A stretch of DNA of 64,000 bases from Amoebidium appalachense (taxonomy: Eukaryota > Protista > Ichthyosporea). The translations under genes were made by a program, and so were the position numbers. Positions 1 to 11,068 of this stretch are shown piece after piece (the stretch's first letter is position 1; every line of letters starts with the position of its first letter). The stretch is from NCBI GenBank assembly GCA_963693365.1, contig CAVNZM010000013.1:1389817-1453816 (forward strand), written 5' to 3'. Under the pieces are notes generated by a model, which worked only from the letters and a program-made list of their open reading frames with translations, did no database searches and was not told the origin of the DNA.

Positions 1-21
1 CTTAGTAGACTAAATGAGGCT

Positions 22-27
22 TGTGTA

Positions 28-70
<43 letters not shown>

Positions 71-73
71 GTG

Positions 74-105
<32 letters not shown>

Positions 106-113
106 CGTGTGTG

Positions 114-182
<69 letters not shown>

Positions 183-250
183 ACACGTGCACACACGTGT
201 GTGTCTGCCTGTGTGCGTGTGCATGTGCGCACTCACGCACGTGCGCGCAC
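22..250. repeat. (TG)n/(CA)n microsatellite, representative of dozens of dinucleotide and poly-G/C tracts in the window
   Basis: Directly visible; similar tracts at e.g. 1860-1990, 23555-23800 (CT)n, 24560-24660, 25502-25620, 42405-42630, 47335-47470, 52670-52820. Confidence 0.98.
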
Positions 251-283
251 ACATGTTAGGGGACACGACACATGAAAACACAG

Positions 284-460
284 GAGTCCTATAATGTGGA
301 GGAATGGAGTCAGGAAAAAGCAAGGGAGGTCCTCTTGTGTGTGATGAGATATCTCAAGAAAGATTCGAAGATTTCACCGAAAACGTCAAGTGAATCGCTT
401 CTTGAAGAGTCCGAGGGCCTCGGAAAACTGCATGTAAAGTTCTGTCTGAAGGTTCACTAA
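284..460 (+). CDS. Possible terminal exon of a gene starting upstream of the window
   Basis: cacag acceptor at 279-283, then open frame ESYNVEEWSQEKAREVLLCVMRYLKK...LKVH-TAA; no recognisable family. Confidence 0.25.
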   Translation, partial: ESYNVEEWSQEKAREVLLCVMRYLKKDSKISPKTSSESLLEESEGLGKLHVKFCLKVH

Positions 461-585
461 GTGTGTGTTTTGAGGAATCATCGATTGTTTTAAAGACGAT
501 AAAATTGACTTAGGCTGAGACAGATGTAAGAATGCATCGGACAGACATATAGTTTGAGTCTGCACGGAGGGCCCAACCACATCGG

Positions 586-860
586 GAGGTAAGTTCACCG
601 GATGAAAGCCCTAGGTATAGGGAGATCGCATCACATATACTGTTAGAAGACATAATATTTGATACTATTTCGTACAAACCCAATAACCCAACCCTACGTG
701 TGTCTGGGCCCTAAATGCCCCCCCCCCCCCCAACCCCAACCCCCTTTATGTCGCTTGGGGATCGAATCGTTCTCCCCTGACTACACGCCATCCTTGCGTC
801 ATCAAATCGTGTTATATGTCCAATCAGAGGCGAGGGGACTATCGTCCGGTGAACATCTGT
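586..860. mobile_element. MITE-like element with imperfect TIRs and 10-bp TSD (Mutator-like)
   Basis: ACCACATCGG direct repeat at 576-585 and 861-870; left GTTCACCGGATGAAAGCCC versus reverse complement of right end GTTCACCGGACGATAGTCCCC. Confidence 0.55.
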
Positions 861-884
861 ACCACATCGGCTGAGTCAACTTGA

Positions 885-1480
885 AAAAAGCAGAATTAAT
901 TTTCAAAAGCAGAATCACTCTGCTTTTAGCAGAATTATTCTGCTTCTATGATAGAAGAATCATTCCCCCCAAAAGCAGAATTATTCTGTCGTCGAAAGCT
1001 GAATAACTCTGCTTTCAGCAGAGTAACTCTGCAGAATAATTTTGCTTTTGCAGAGTGATTCTGCTGTTTGCAGAATAATTCTGCTTCTTGCGGAATAATT
1101 CTATTTTGCTGAAAAATTCTGCTTTTAGCAGAATAATTCTGCCTTTTGCAGAATAATTCTGCTTTTTGCAGAATTATTCTGCTCGGAACAAGTTACTCAA
1201 CCAATGTGGTTGGGCCCTGCACGGGAAATGGCTCATTAAACCATACGGGTTGCTGAACAGCTTGCTTTGCGCAAAATTATCCTGCATATGCAGAAATATG
1301 CTGAAAAATGCAGAAATATACTGCAAAATGCAGCAATAGTTGTGCGAGAAGCAGGGTAATTTGGCAACATGTGGCACTGATGATTATTCTGCAAAAAGCA
1401 GAATTATCGGTACAAAAAAGCAGTATTCTTTCACAAAAATACAGATTTGTTCACAGAATGCAGAATTACTCTGCATTAAT
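885..1480. repeat. Array of ~20-bp palindromic units (core GCAGAATAATTCTGC plus T/A run)
   Basis: More than a dozen near-palindromic copies at 885-1182 and more degenerate copies at 1290-1480. Confidence 0.85.
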
Positions 1481-1859
1481 ATCTTCCCAAAAATATTTTT
1501 GTACAATTTTGAGCTGTAAGTTGAGGCTGAATCATCCTTCAACATTCAGCATTATCATTCAAGCAGATCATTCGTCAAAGAGCGAGAATCCTTCTGTGAA
1601 AACTGAGAATTTTTCTGCCGAGCAGACTATTTAAATTTTCGCCCATGCGGTTAGGCCTTCGAGGGAAATACATCTGCAACAAGGTATACATGCTACCTCC
1701 CCCCAGATGAGTATGCGCTTGCGTGCGCATGCCCACGTGTGTGTGTCTGTGCATGGGGGCGTGTTTCAGCACACACGCGCGCGCGCGTGTGTCTGTGCAT
1801 GTGTGTCTGTGCATGTGTGTGCGCTTATACGCGCGCACACGCGTGCGCCTTCATGTCAG

Positions 1860-1920
<61 letters not shown>

Positions 1921-1930
1921 TGTGTGCCAC

Positions 1931-1970
<40 letters not shown>

Positions 1971-2339
1971 CGCGCGCGCACGCGCGCGTTTGCGTGTGTG
2001 TGTGTTTGCGTGTGCGTGCATGCGCGCACCCACGCGTGTACATGCGTGCATTTTTGAATTTTTTTTGAGCACTCAAGTCGACTCGCCACGGTGGTGTCTA
2101 ATAGGCATGCGTTTTTAATATCAGCTTAATTTTTCACCTACCAGAGGGTCAAAGCTTCTCCAGTGTGAGAAAGACTTCGAATATTACGCAAGCTGCAAGA
2201 TAACTATCACACATGTATAGGTGTGCCCCATAATGGGGTGAATTCGAATTGCCCCACATTAATACTATAAATTCTTACATAAAAAGATCCCTGTACACAT
2301 GCTCGTTTACATCTACAAAGTACAACAATCCTACTGCTA

Positions 2340-2882
2340 TTAATAGCGCTTGCAGCAGTACTTTGCGCTGCACTTGCGGTAAACCTCCCAGCCTTTCCAC
2401 CGGGTGCACCAGCGGCTGCTGTAGACGCGCCTGCAGCCGCCGCTGCCCTCCGCCCACTCGCCGCATGTCAGCGCGTAGTTCTTGTCGGCCTTCGGCTGCA
2501 TGCGGCTCTTTGCTCCCTTGCCACCCTCCAGGCTGTACCTCTCCGCATTGTCGTGCCGCAGCTAGCGCTGCCCGGATGTGTTTTGCTGGGGGTGCACGTT
2601 GTGGTGGGTGGTGGTGTCTACAGAGCCTATATGGCCTGATTTTTGGCTGTATTTTTCAGCGTTTTCGTGACGCAAATGGCCGTGGCGTGGCTGTGAATCC
2701 ATCTCGTGGTGGGTGGGGACAGAGGCTACACTGTGGGCTGATTTTTGGCTGAACTTGTCGGCATTTTCGTGTCTCAACTGGCCGTGTGGCTGAGAATTAT
2801 GGCAGGTGTGGTGAGAGGGTTCAGAGATGGCAGTGCATGTGGAGACGAGCGCGGCAAAGACGGCGGCAACAATGACCTTCAT
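2340..2882 (-). CDS. Secreted precursor: signal peptide, 3 His-rich repeats, C-terminal 6-Cys beta/big-defensin-like peptide; one in-frame TAG at 2562-2564
   Basis: accgccATG; MKVIVAAVFAALVSTCTA signal peptide; repeats QLRHENADKFS / HLRHENAEKYS / *LRHDNAERYS; same frame continues to CGEWAEGSGGCRRVYSSRWCTRWKGWEVYRKCSAKYCCKRY-TAA-TAG. Confidence 0.65.
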
Positions 2883-3883
2883 GGCGGTGGTTGGTTGTCT
2901 GCAGTGCACGTGAATTGGTGCGAGGTGGAAGGCGTTTCTACAGCTGTAGTTGAATGAAGACTGATTGCTTGACGGTGTGATTCCCAGCCTCGGTCGGAGG
3001 CTGGGTTTAACTAATAGGAGATAGAGAGGGGTATGGGGGGGGAATGACTGAGCTGTTTGCCGGCAATCAGCTACAGTAGCAGAATAGATGGTGGGGACCT
3101 CCAATCAGGTGCGTTAATCTAACCGGATCTAGGAGAGTGGCGTTCCTTTTTGGACATCTTAGCCAATTGAAAACCTCGGAAAAAAAAGCATTAAGCAACA
3201 AAGCCTTACCTTTCTTTGACATTAATCGGAAACGGCATTGTGTGATTGGTGCATCGAAAATTAGATCACCTGTCGACAATCGTAGATTGCTGATTGGCCA
3301 TCGGGACCTTAATTGAATTAAATCATAGAAACGCAGGCGCATGGATCTATAAAACATGTGATCTTCTGCCAATCACCTATTCTACCGGGATCTGGAGCGA
3401 CGTATTCCGCATCGTGACGCTATTGCACGAGATCGCAATCGATCGAAGATACCAGATTTGCGTAAATAGTTCTGGCGGGGCGAACGCCGAGCCGAGCGCA
3501 AGCGAGACTCGGCATTGGCCGCGTTTCCATTGGGGATCGCGAATGCGATTCCTGCCGTTTTTGGCGAAGACTATCGCGATTCGCGAGTGATCGTCGAAAA
3601 ATTGGTCGTTTCCATTAAGTCGCGTTTCACGATGGATTTCCATTTTTGGCTAATGAAAGAATGCGAAATTAGGGACCCGCAAACTTTGAAGGGCCTTCGC
3701 GAATTCCCTGCACCCCTCGGAAGTTCGGGAACCGGCGGTGGCGCAATTCCGGAACCAGGCTATAAAACGTCCCCCCCCCCCCCCCCCCCCCCCCCCCTTC
3801 CACAACCACACAGACACCAACATACTTCTAATACAGACCACACCACTTGTAGCTCTAGTCAACGGAGAAGCGAAGCTTCGCAG

Positions 3884-4024
3884 ATGAGGGAAGATGGTTT
3901 AGCGGAGAGATTGAGGAAGGAGAGAGAGGAGCAGGGCGGAGGTCGAAGGAGGAGGAGGAGAGGGCAAAGAGGGAGAAGGAGGAGCAGGAGAGGAGGGTTA
4001 AGGATGACCAGGAGCAACAGCTCC
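3884..4024 (+). pseudogene. Possible frameshifted coiled-coil exon remnant
   Basis: cag acceptor, MREDGLAERLRKEREEQ, then in a shifted frame KEEEERAKREKEEQERRVKDDQEQQL followed by a GTATGT donor; no partner exons found. Confidence 0.25.
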
Positions 4025-4079
4025 GTATGTCCGTTTTCGGGGCATTTATGACTTTTTTGACTAAGTAGGGCTGGCTTTT

Positions 4080-4118
<39 letters not shown>

Positions 4119-4879
4119 GTGGTTCACACACACACACACACACACCTCAGTAGTACGTCTTTCTTAGGTTTAGGTGTTGCTTGTAAGTGAGTTTTTGGGA
4201 GTGTAGCATGCCCAGTTTTCTAGCAAACGGAAAGTTTTACCTTCCCTTTTTGTGTTTTTTGCTTTGTTTTGCCTTCCAGTAAAATCTTATGCATGAGTTT
4301 GAAATGTCGAAATGCTTTGACCTGTTAGCTGCATAGGTCCCCCCCCCCCCCCCGCTCAGTAGAGACAACACTTGCACACCTTTTTTGGCTTTGTTTTTAT
4401 GGATATCTTTGTCAGTTTTTCTTCTTCGTTGGAACCTGTGGTTCTGGAATTTAGCTTATTCCCCCGTGTTCTTCACAGAATTCATAGAACTTAACCAGCA
4501 CATCACGTGAGTTGTTAGGTACAGATTTACGGTTTACGGGCTGGTGTGGCTCGAATATATTTTCCCGCTTCCAAAAAAATAAAAAAATAAAAATAAAACT
4601 TAAACTTGGCTACGTAATCACCTTGCTGATAATTATTATACATAAAACTGCCGTACATTCACCATGATTCCATACATGTAACTATCTGAGCAGGGAGACC
4701 TAGAAAGAGTATGATTCATAATTAGTACTTGCAAATCTTGAAGTTCACCTGTGGTGCACGACACAACACAATGGTGTGCAATATGGTCATGTACATTGGC
4801 ACGCACACATGTCATTGAACACACGCACACACACACACACACAGCCACTTCCGTACACCCACGCCCATCTTCATGCACG

Positions 4880-5010
4880 ACTCGCGATTCACACTCTGTA
4901 TGTGCCAGCAATAAGTATGCAAGGTACCCGAGAGGCCCCACATACAGTGTGACGAGCACTAAGGTAGCATGACTCCCCCGCACCATCACCCAAGCAGGGG
5001 CGCACAGTGC
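4880..5010 (-). pseudogene. Possible remnant of an ABA4/DUF4281-like membrane protein C-terminus
   Basis: LVLVTLYVGPLGYLAYLLL resembles the family's T.M.GP.G.L.YL helix; no intact upstream frame. Confidence 0.2.
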
Positions 5011-5339
5011 CACAAACGCTCATGTACACACATCTATCAACACTTCGGAGGGTGGGCATAATTTACGTGCCCCGGCCAATATGCAACAGTGCCGTCATTC
5101 CTGGACCGAACACAAAAGCCCCCCCTCCCCTCCAACCACCACCACCCAAAAACCCCACCTCTCTAAAAGGACCAAAAGAAATAGTATCGACAGGAAACAT
5201 GATTTATCTTCAAGTGTGCTCGCAAGAGCTTGCTGATTTGAACATCCCTCGGTAGACAACATCGACACAAATGCACCATCAAGCTCAATTGGAGTACGTG
5301 CAAATATTCTATTCGTGGGTTTGGTTCCCCCCCCCCCCC

Positions 5340-5935
5340 CACCACCACCACACTCACAAGGGCAAAAAAAAAAATATATAAAAAATAAAGGTGCAGCCTT
5401 GTAGAGACAGGGAATGTGGGGGGTAAACAGGTCAGAACAAGGTCGAAACCACAGCCACGGACAACTGACTAATTTAGCAATGGGAGCGCTCCCTCTGCTC
5501 TGCCGTGGCCTCTCCATTTCCCCTTTCAAAAAAGCAAAAAACCAAAACAAAAGACCAGAAGATTCTCCAGCACCGAATTAATGCATAGGCACACATTGTC
5601 AAAGTGTTAAGCATCAAGCGAATCCCATCGCATAACACCATTCGGGTCTGGCCCGACTCGGAAACCTAGAAGAAACCCCTCTATAGCCACAGTCACAATA
5701 TATGTCCTCACATGTGGGCAACCAGAACAAGCACACATACATTCTTCTGCCTCCCCCCCCGTCCAAACACACAACACCCCCCCCTTCTCATTCGCAATCC
5801 AGTTGAAGGTACCAAAACACCGCAAAAACAACAACAACAACAACAAAAAAAAAAAAAAATGATACCGAGCCACAAGCTCATCACAGTTCGTTGTTTACTA
5901 TGTCAACAGACTGGCACATTCAATCACGTGCATAT

Positions 5936-5970
<35 letters not shown>

Positions 5971-6547
5971 GGGGGCATCGCCGCCGCCCCCACCACCACA
6001 CTCACAAGGGCAAAAAAAAAAAAAAAAAAAAAATTAAAGGTGCAGCCTTGTAGAGACAGGGAATGTGGGGGGTAAACAGGTCAGAACAAGGTCGAAACCA
6101 CAGCCACGGACAACTGACTAATTTAGCAATGGGAGCGCTCCCTCTGCTCTGCCGTGGCCTCTCCATTTCCCTTTTAAAAAAGCAAAAAAGCAAAACAAAA
6201 GACCAGAAGATTCTCCAGCACCGAATTAATGCATAGGCACACATTGTCAAACACCATTCGGGTCTGGCCCGACTCGGAAACCCAGAAGAAACCCCTCTAT
6301 AGCCACAGTCACAATATATGTCCTCACATGTGGGCAACCAGAACAAGCACACATACATTCTTCTGCCTCCCCCCCCGTCCAAACACACAACACCCCCCCC
6401 CACCTCTCATTCGCAATTCAGTTGAAGGTACCAAAACAACGCAACAACAACAACAACAACAACAAAAAAATGATACCGAGCCACAAAGCTCATCACAGTT
6501 CGTTGTTTACTATGTCAACAGACTGGCACATTCAATCACGTGCATAT

Positions 6548-6592
<45 letters not shown>

Positions 6593-7214
6593 GGCGCCCC
6601 CCGCCGCCCCCACCACCACACTCACAAGGGCAAAAAAAAAAATAAAAAAAAATTAAAGGTGCAGCCTTGTAGAGACAGGGAATGTGGGGGGTAAACAGGT
6701 CAGAACATGGTCGAAACCACAGCCACGGACAACTGACTAATTTAGCAATGGGAGCGCTCCCTCTGCTCTGCCGTGGCCTCTCCATTTCCCTTTCAAAAAA
6801 GCAAAAAACCAAAACAAAAGACCAGAAGATTCTCCAGCACCGAATTAATGCATAGGCACACATTGTCAAAGTGTTAAGCATCAAGCGAATCCCATCGCAT
6901 AACACCATTCGGGTCTGGCCCGACTCGGAAACCTAGAAGAAACCCCTCTATAGCCACACAGTCACAATATATGTCCTCACATGTGGGCAACCAGAACAAG
7001 CACACATACATTCTTCTGCCTCCCCCCCCGTCCAAACACACAACACCCCCCCCCTCTCATTCGCAATACAGTTGAAGGTACCAAAACACCGCAACAACAA
7101 CAACAACAAAAAAAAATGATACCGAGCCGCAAGCTCATCACAGTTCGTTGTTTACTATGTCAACAGACTGGCACATTCAATTACGTGCATATCTGCCCCC
7201 CCCCCCCCCCCCCC
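5340..7214. repeat. Tandem duplication, ~620-650 bp unit, about 3 copies
   Basis: Unit starting ccaccacactcacaagggc recurs at ~5345, ~5993 and ~6613 with high identity. Confidence 0.95.
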
Positions 7215-7699
7215 ACTCGCTGGACACACGTGAAGCATAGGAACAAGCCATTCACAAGGGTGTGTGCACGGATTAAAGAGAGAAGTGTTCCCTAATCCAG
7301 ACAATATATGACATGTACAACATGTACAAGTTAATCACAAGATGCCTGCACCCACAACAAAGGCGTTTCCTATTCCCACGCTGACCATGAATGCAATCTA
7401 ACACGTACCGTTTAAGCATCCATTTGTGATGCCCCCCCCCCCCCCCAACAACAATCAAAAAATTGTCGGAGATGAAACACACATCCCCTCCTGATCCTTC
7501 CGATCACAACCAAGGAACTGTCCAGCCCGCATATGCCCACCACAAGGTGCATGCACACCTTGAGTTTGTTTGATTCTGGACATGCACCCATGCATATACA
7601 CAGTGAGCCATACGCACACAAACAGGAACCCCCCCCCACCCACAGAAATGCATACACATACACATGCACATAAAGACACAGGCGCAAATGTGCCCATCA

Positions 7700-7890
7700 A
7701 CAAAGGACATGCACACACACACACACAATGAGAGAGACCCACACATTTATCTATACATCCACACACAGAAACACGAACGAACATGCAAACACACACACAC
7801 ACACACAGAATGAGAGAGACCCACACATTTATCTATACATCCACACACAGAAACATGAACGAACATGCAAAAACACACACACACACATGC
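7700..7890. repeat. ~80-bp tandem duplication
   Basis: aatgagagagacccacacatttatctatacatccacacacagaaac occurs twice. Confidence 0.85.
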
Positions 7891-8072
7891 AAACAAAGGT
7901 ATGCACGCACGGGCGTCCACCAGAGCCATGCACTCACACACACGCCCACACGTACGAGTCCACACATACATTCGCGTCATTACACACGCCACCTTATCGG
8001 CCTGAAGCATATGGGCACTGCCCCAAGTCAACCCGTTCGGTGCCATGCTTAAGATTTTATTGACAACACCGT

Positions 8073-11040
8073 TTAGATGATGCCGATCTGCAGGGGATAA
8101 AAAGGGTCAGCATTAACCCCTCACCCTCCCAACTCCTTGGCCCTCCTTTCAGATAATGTAGATAACAGACACAAGCACACACACCCAGTTCCCAAATCGA
8201 TTCCCAACCCCACCCTCCCCAGCAAACAACTTCACATGAAAAATGGATGAAAGGAGGCCCGACCTTGCTCCCAAGCATAACTCCCCCCCCCCCACCCTCT
8301 CACAAACACCACACCAACCAATCAGCCCCATCCACCACCAACACTCTCCCTCCAGCCCTTCCCCCGCTACATACCCCCCCCCCCCCCCCCACAAAACATC
8401 CCCGGATAACCATTCACCAACCCTCCAAAAACATCCCCATCCTCCCCCCTCCGAAAAAATTATATCATAAACACTACACCACCACCACCACCAGCATGCA
8501 CAAATGCGCCAGTACCCACCTTGTTTGCGACCTCGAGGGCGTCGTGGTCAGCAGCAAGGCGCACGTACGCCTTCTTCTGGCCGTCGGGGCGGATCAGCGT
8601 GTTGACGCTGGCGGCCTTGATCTCGTACAGCTCCTTCACGGCCTGCTTGATCTGAGACTTGTTGGCGCGGATGTCCACGAGGAAAACAAGCGTGTTGTTC
8701 TCCTCAATCTTCTTCATGGCAGACTCGGTCGTCAGCGGCGACTTGACAATGGTGAACTTGTCAAGACGGGCGCGGACGGGGGTGGACTTGCGCGGGTACC
8801 GGGGAGCGCGGGGCGTCTGTGCAATGTGAGTGGTAAAGGTGAGTACATGTGCGTGTGTAGTTGTTACGGCAAAAGGGAACGAGTGCGAGGAGCAGGGAGT
8901 GCAAGGCGTCTGTAAAACGTGTGTGTGTGGTGGGTGCAATGCAGGTGAGTACATGTGCGTGTGTAGTAGTCAACGGCAAAGGGGAACGAGTGAGGGTTGA
9001 GGGTGTGCAAGACATGACAGGTGAATGCAAAGGCACAATTGTACCTCGACGTTTCCCTCCCCCAACCCCTCAAACACACACACACACAAAAAAAAAACAA
9101 AAACAATGATGGGTTGAGTGGTGTGGTTGGGTTTGGGAAACCGTATAGCATCTAGAGTGCACATTCACAAGAAACAAAGGCATATGCAGAAGCAAGGAGA
9201 AAGGACGGAAGAGAGGGAAGGCAATAAACAGGGCGGTGACAGCAGTGTGGTGTGCATGTGCTTGGGTTGTGTGCGCCGGTACGGGTACAGCATGAGGGAG
9301 AAGCGAGAGAAAGAGAGGTGGTGGTGAGGTGTGCTTGGGCCAGTATGAACCACGACAAGCAACCCCCCCCCCCCTCCCCCAAAAGGCTGTAGACTGCTCG
9401 TGCTGCTTCGAGAAGCCCAAATAGAAGTTGAAGCCAAAGAGCATCTAGCTCAAACGACAGAGTTGCCATGTTTGCCAAGACCCGTTCATATGGCGTAAGG
9501 GTTTAGTTTTCAATCTCACATCTCTGAGTGTGTGAATGGACAACTGATCTGATCTCATGTTATGAAAGGTGATCGCAATTGCTGGTGCTGATGTAAAAGC
9601 ACGGTGTCACAATGTCTGGTGTGTGTGCTTAGCTAATGTTCTAAAGGCCGCAGGCCCCCGGCACACGGATAATGATCGTATAGACAACCTCCTCCATGCA
9701 AGATGCCCAAAGTCACGATTATAAATGCATATCCGTAGCTCCCGTTCCTCAAATTTGTTTCCCCGCCAACTCATCAGCCCGTTGCACACACCGAGGTATA
9801 ATCGTGACATGCAAACCCTCCGCCTGCGAAACATGCCAAGACGCCGTCGCCGCTGCCTCCCTCCCCTGCTTTGCCACCAGGCTTGCTTCCCCTGAATCTC
9901 TGTAAAACCAAGAAAAAGGTAAAGAGAAAGAGGTACGTACCGCGAGGGTCTTGGGGCGGTGGAAGCGCACAGTGGTGCGGATCTTGCGCACAGACTTGCT
10001 CTGTGTGCCCTTGACGTTGGCCTTCTTGGCCTTAAGGGCCTGGGCCTTGGCTGCTGCGCCGGCCGCTTTCTCTGCAACCCAACCCCCACCATTACTCCCT
10101 GGCATATTGTGATGTGACACTAAACAGCTACAAAAGGACTTGATTGTGTGTGGACAAACGTATGATCCCGATCTCTACTGTGATAGCTGTTGAATCGATG
10201 TTCTGATTGTAGCAAGGGCCTCCAGAATCTATGTCCTGAACACGGCCATAGCCCAGCGCTCAACGAGTCGTCCATCGTTTCCCTTGCTTGACTAAGAATG
10301 TCCGTTATGGTGGTTGGTGGGGTCCATCCGAAGCTTGAACCTGCTATGCCGAAAGAGGTTGGGTGCTGAAAAATTGTGCAGCACTCAGTTTTATCATGAG
10401 CCGCTGCTATAAACTGAAGAGTAAACCGCGGGTAATCTCGGCTCCCCTGTCGTGAAAATTCGGCTGACCCAGGTCAAGTATCTCCAAGCTGTTTACAGCA
10501 AACCCGCGATGCGCCGTATAAATAATCGTGCTGCATATCTAACGTATGCATATAAACCGGTAATGAAGGCAGTGGTATCTAACATTCCTCTGTATGCGAT
10601 TCGTGGGTGGTCTGCTCACCGACGGCCAATCGGTAATGTGCGCTCGGTAATGTGTGTTTGAAGATCCCTCCCCATGGTACCTGGTATATGCAACAGCCAA
10701 TAAATAGTTCGGACTCCCTACAACCCAATACGACGGCATATGCAAAGGTCCCCTGCCATTTCACTCCCTGCAAAAATTCCCTTGCCCTCGGATCGAGATG
10801 GATTTGCTGGATACTCCCCGGATTCAATCTGCGTCCCTGTCCTACCCTATGTAGCTCTCTGTATAGCCCTATCCCTATCCATCTCATATACAGCTGTCAT
10901 CCAGTCTCTCGCGCCGCCGCCGTGTCCATCTCGTTCACCCATCCTCCCTGCATCTGCCTGTATCTACGGATAACTACGTGTATCCTCTAAAGAAAAACAC
11001 TAGAGAAATTTCTGGGCGGAGACATACTAGGAGGTGCCAT
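8073..11040 (-). CDS. RPL23A: 60S ribosomal protein L23a (uL23); exons 11040-11028, 10071-9941, 8816-8520, 8087-8073
   Basis: Spliced protein MAPPKKAAG...[26 protein letters not shown]...[22 protein letters not shown]...[16 protein letters not shown]...EVANKIGII*; all introns GT-AG and in phase; AATAAA at 8061-8056. Confidence 0.97.
9385..9446 (-). ncRNA. Candidate H/ACA-type guide hairpin in RPL23A intron 2
   Basis: Lower stem agatgctc/gagcagtct, pocket ctttg/agcac, upper stem gcttc/gaagc, ACA 14 nt after the upper stem; pocket complementary to conserved SSU rRNA GUG(U/C)UCAAAG; no clear H box. Confidence 0.35.
10205..10288 (-). ncRNA. Candidate ACA-terminated hairpin in RPL23A intron 1
   Basis: Perfect 8-bp stem agcaaggg/cccttgct immediately followed by ACA+3 nt; no target identified. 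Confidence 0.2.
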
Positions 11041-11056
11041 CGTTGCTCTCTGCTCC

Positions 11057-11068
11057 GGGGAAAGGAGA
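11057..11068 (-). promoter_or_regulatory. Pyrimidine tract (TCT/5'TOP-like) upstream of RPL23A ATG
   Basis: tctcctttcccc 16 nt before the ATG; typical of ribosomal protein genes. Confidence 0.5.

Noticed and set aside
885-1182. CRISPR-like array
   Set aside because: No unique spacers, no cas genes, eukaryotic context.
2562-2564. Genome-wide TAG=Gln genetic code
   Set aside because: No in-frame TAG in the other assembled genes, and the sulfatase appears to end at TAG.
3517-3550. Harbinger/Tourist-like TIR (att-GGCCGCGTTTCCATTG)
   Set aside because: No matching second TIR found.
5870-5895. C-box (GTGATGA) in the tandem unit; TGATGA/CTGA at 19430-19452
   Set aside because: No properly spaced D box, terminal stem or rRNA antisense element.
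9755-9780. Hammerhead-like CTGATGA...GAAA on the minus strand
   Set aside because: Stem II cannot form and stems I and III are absent.
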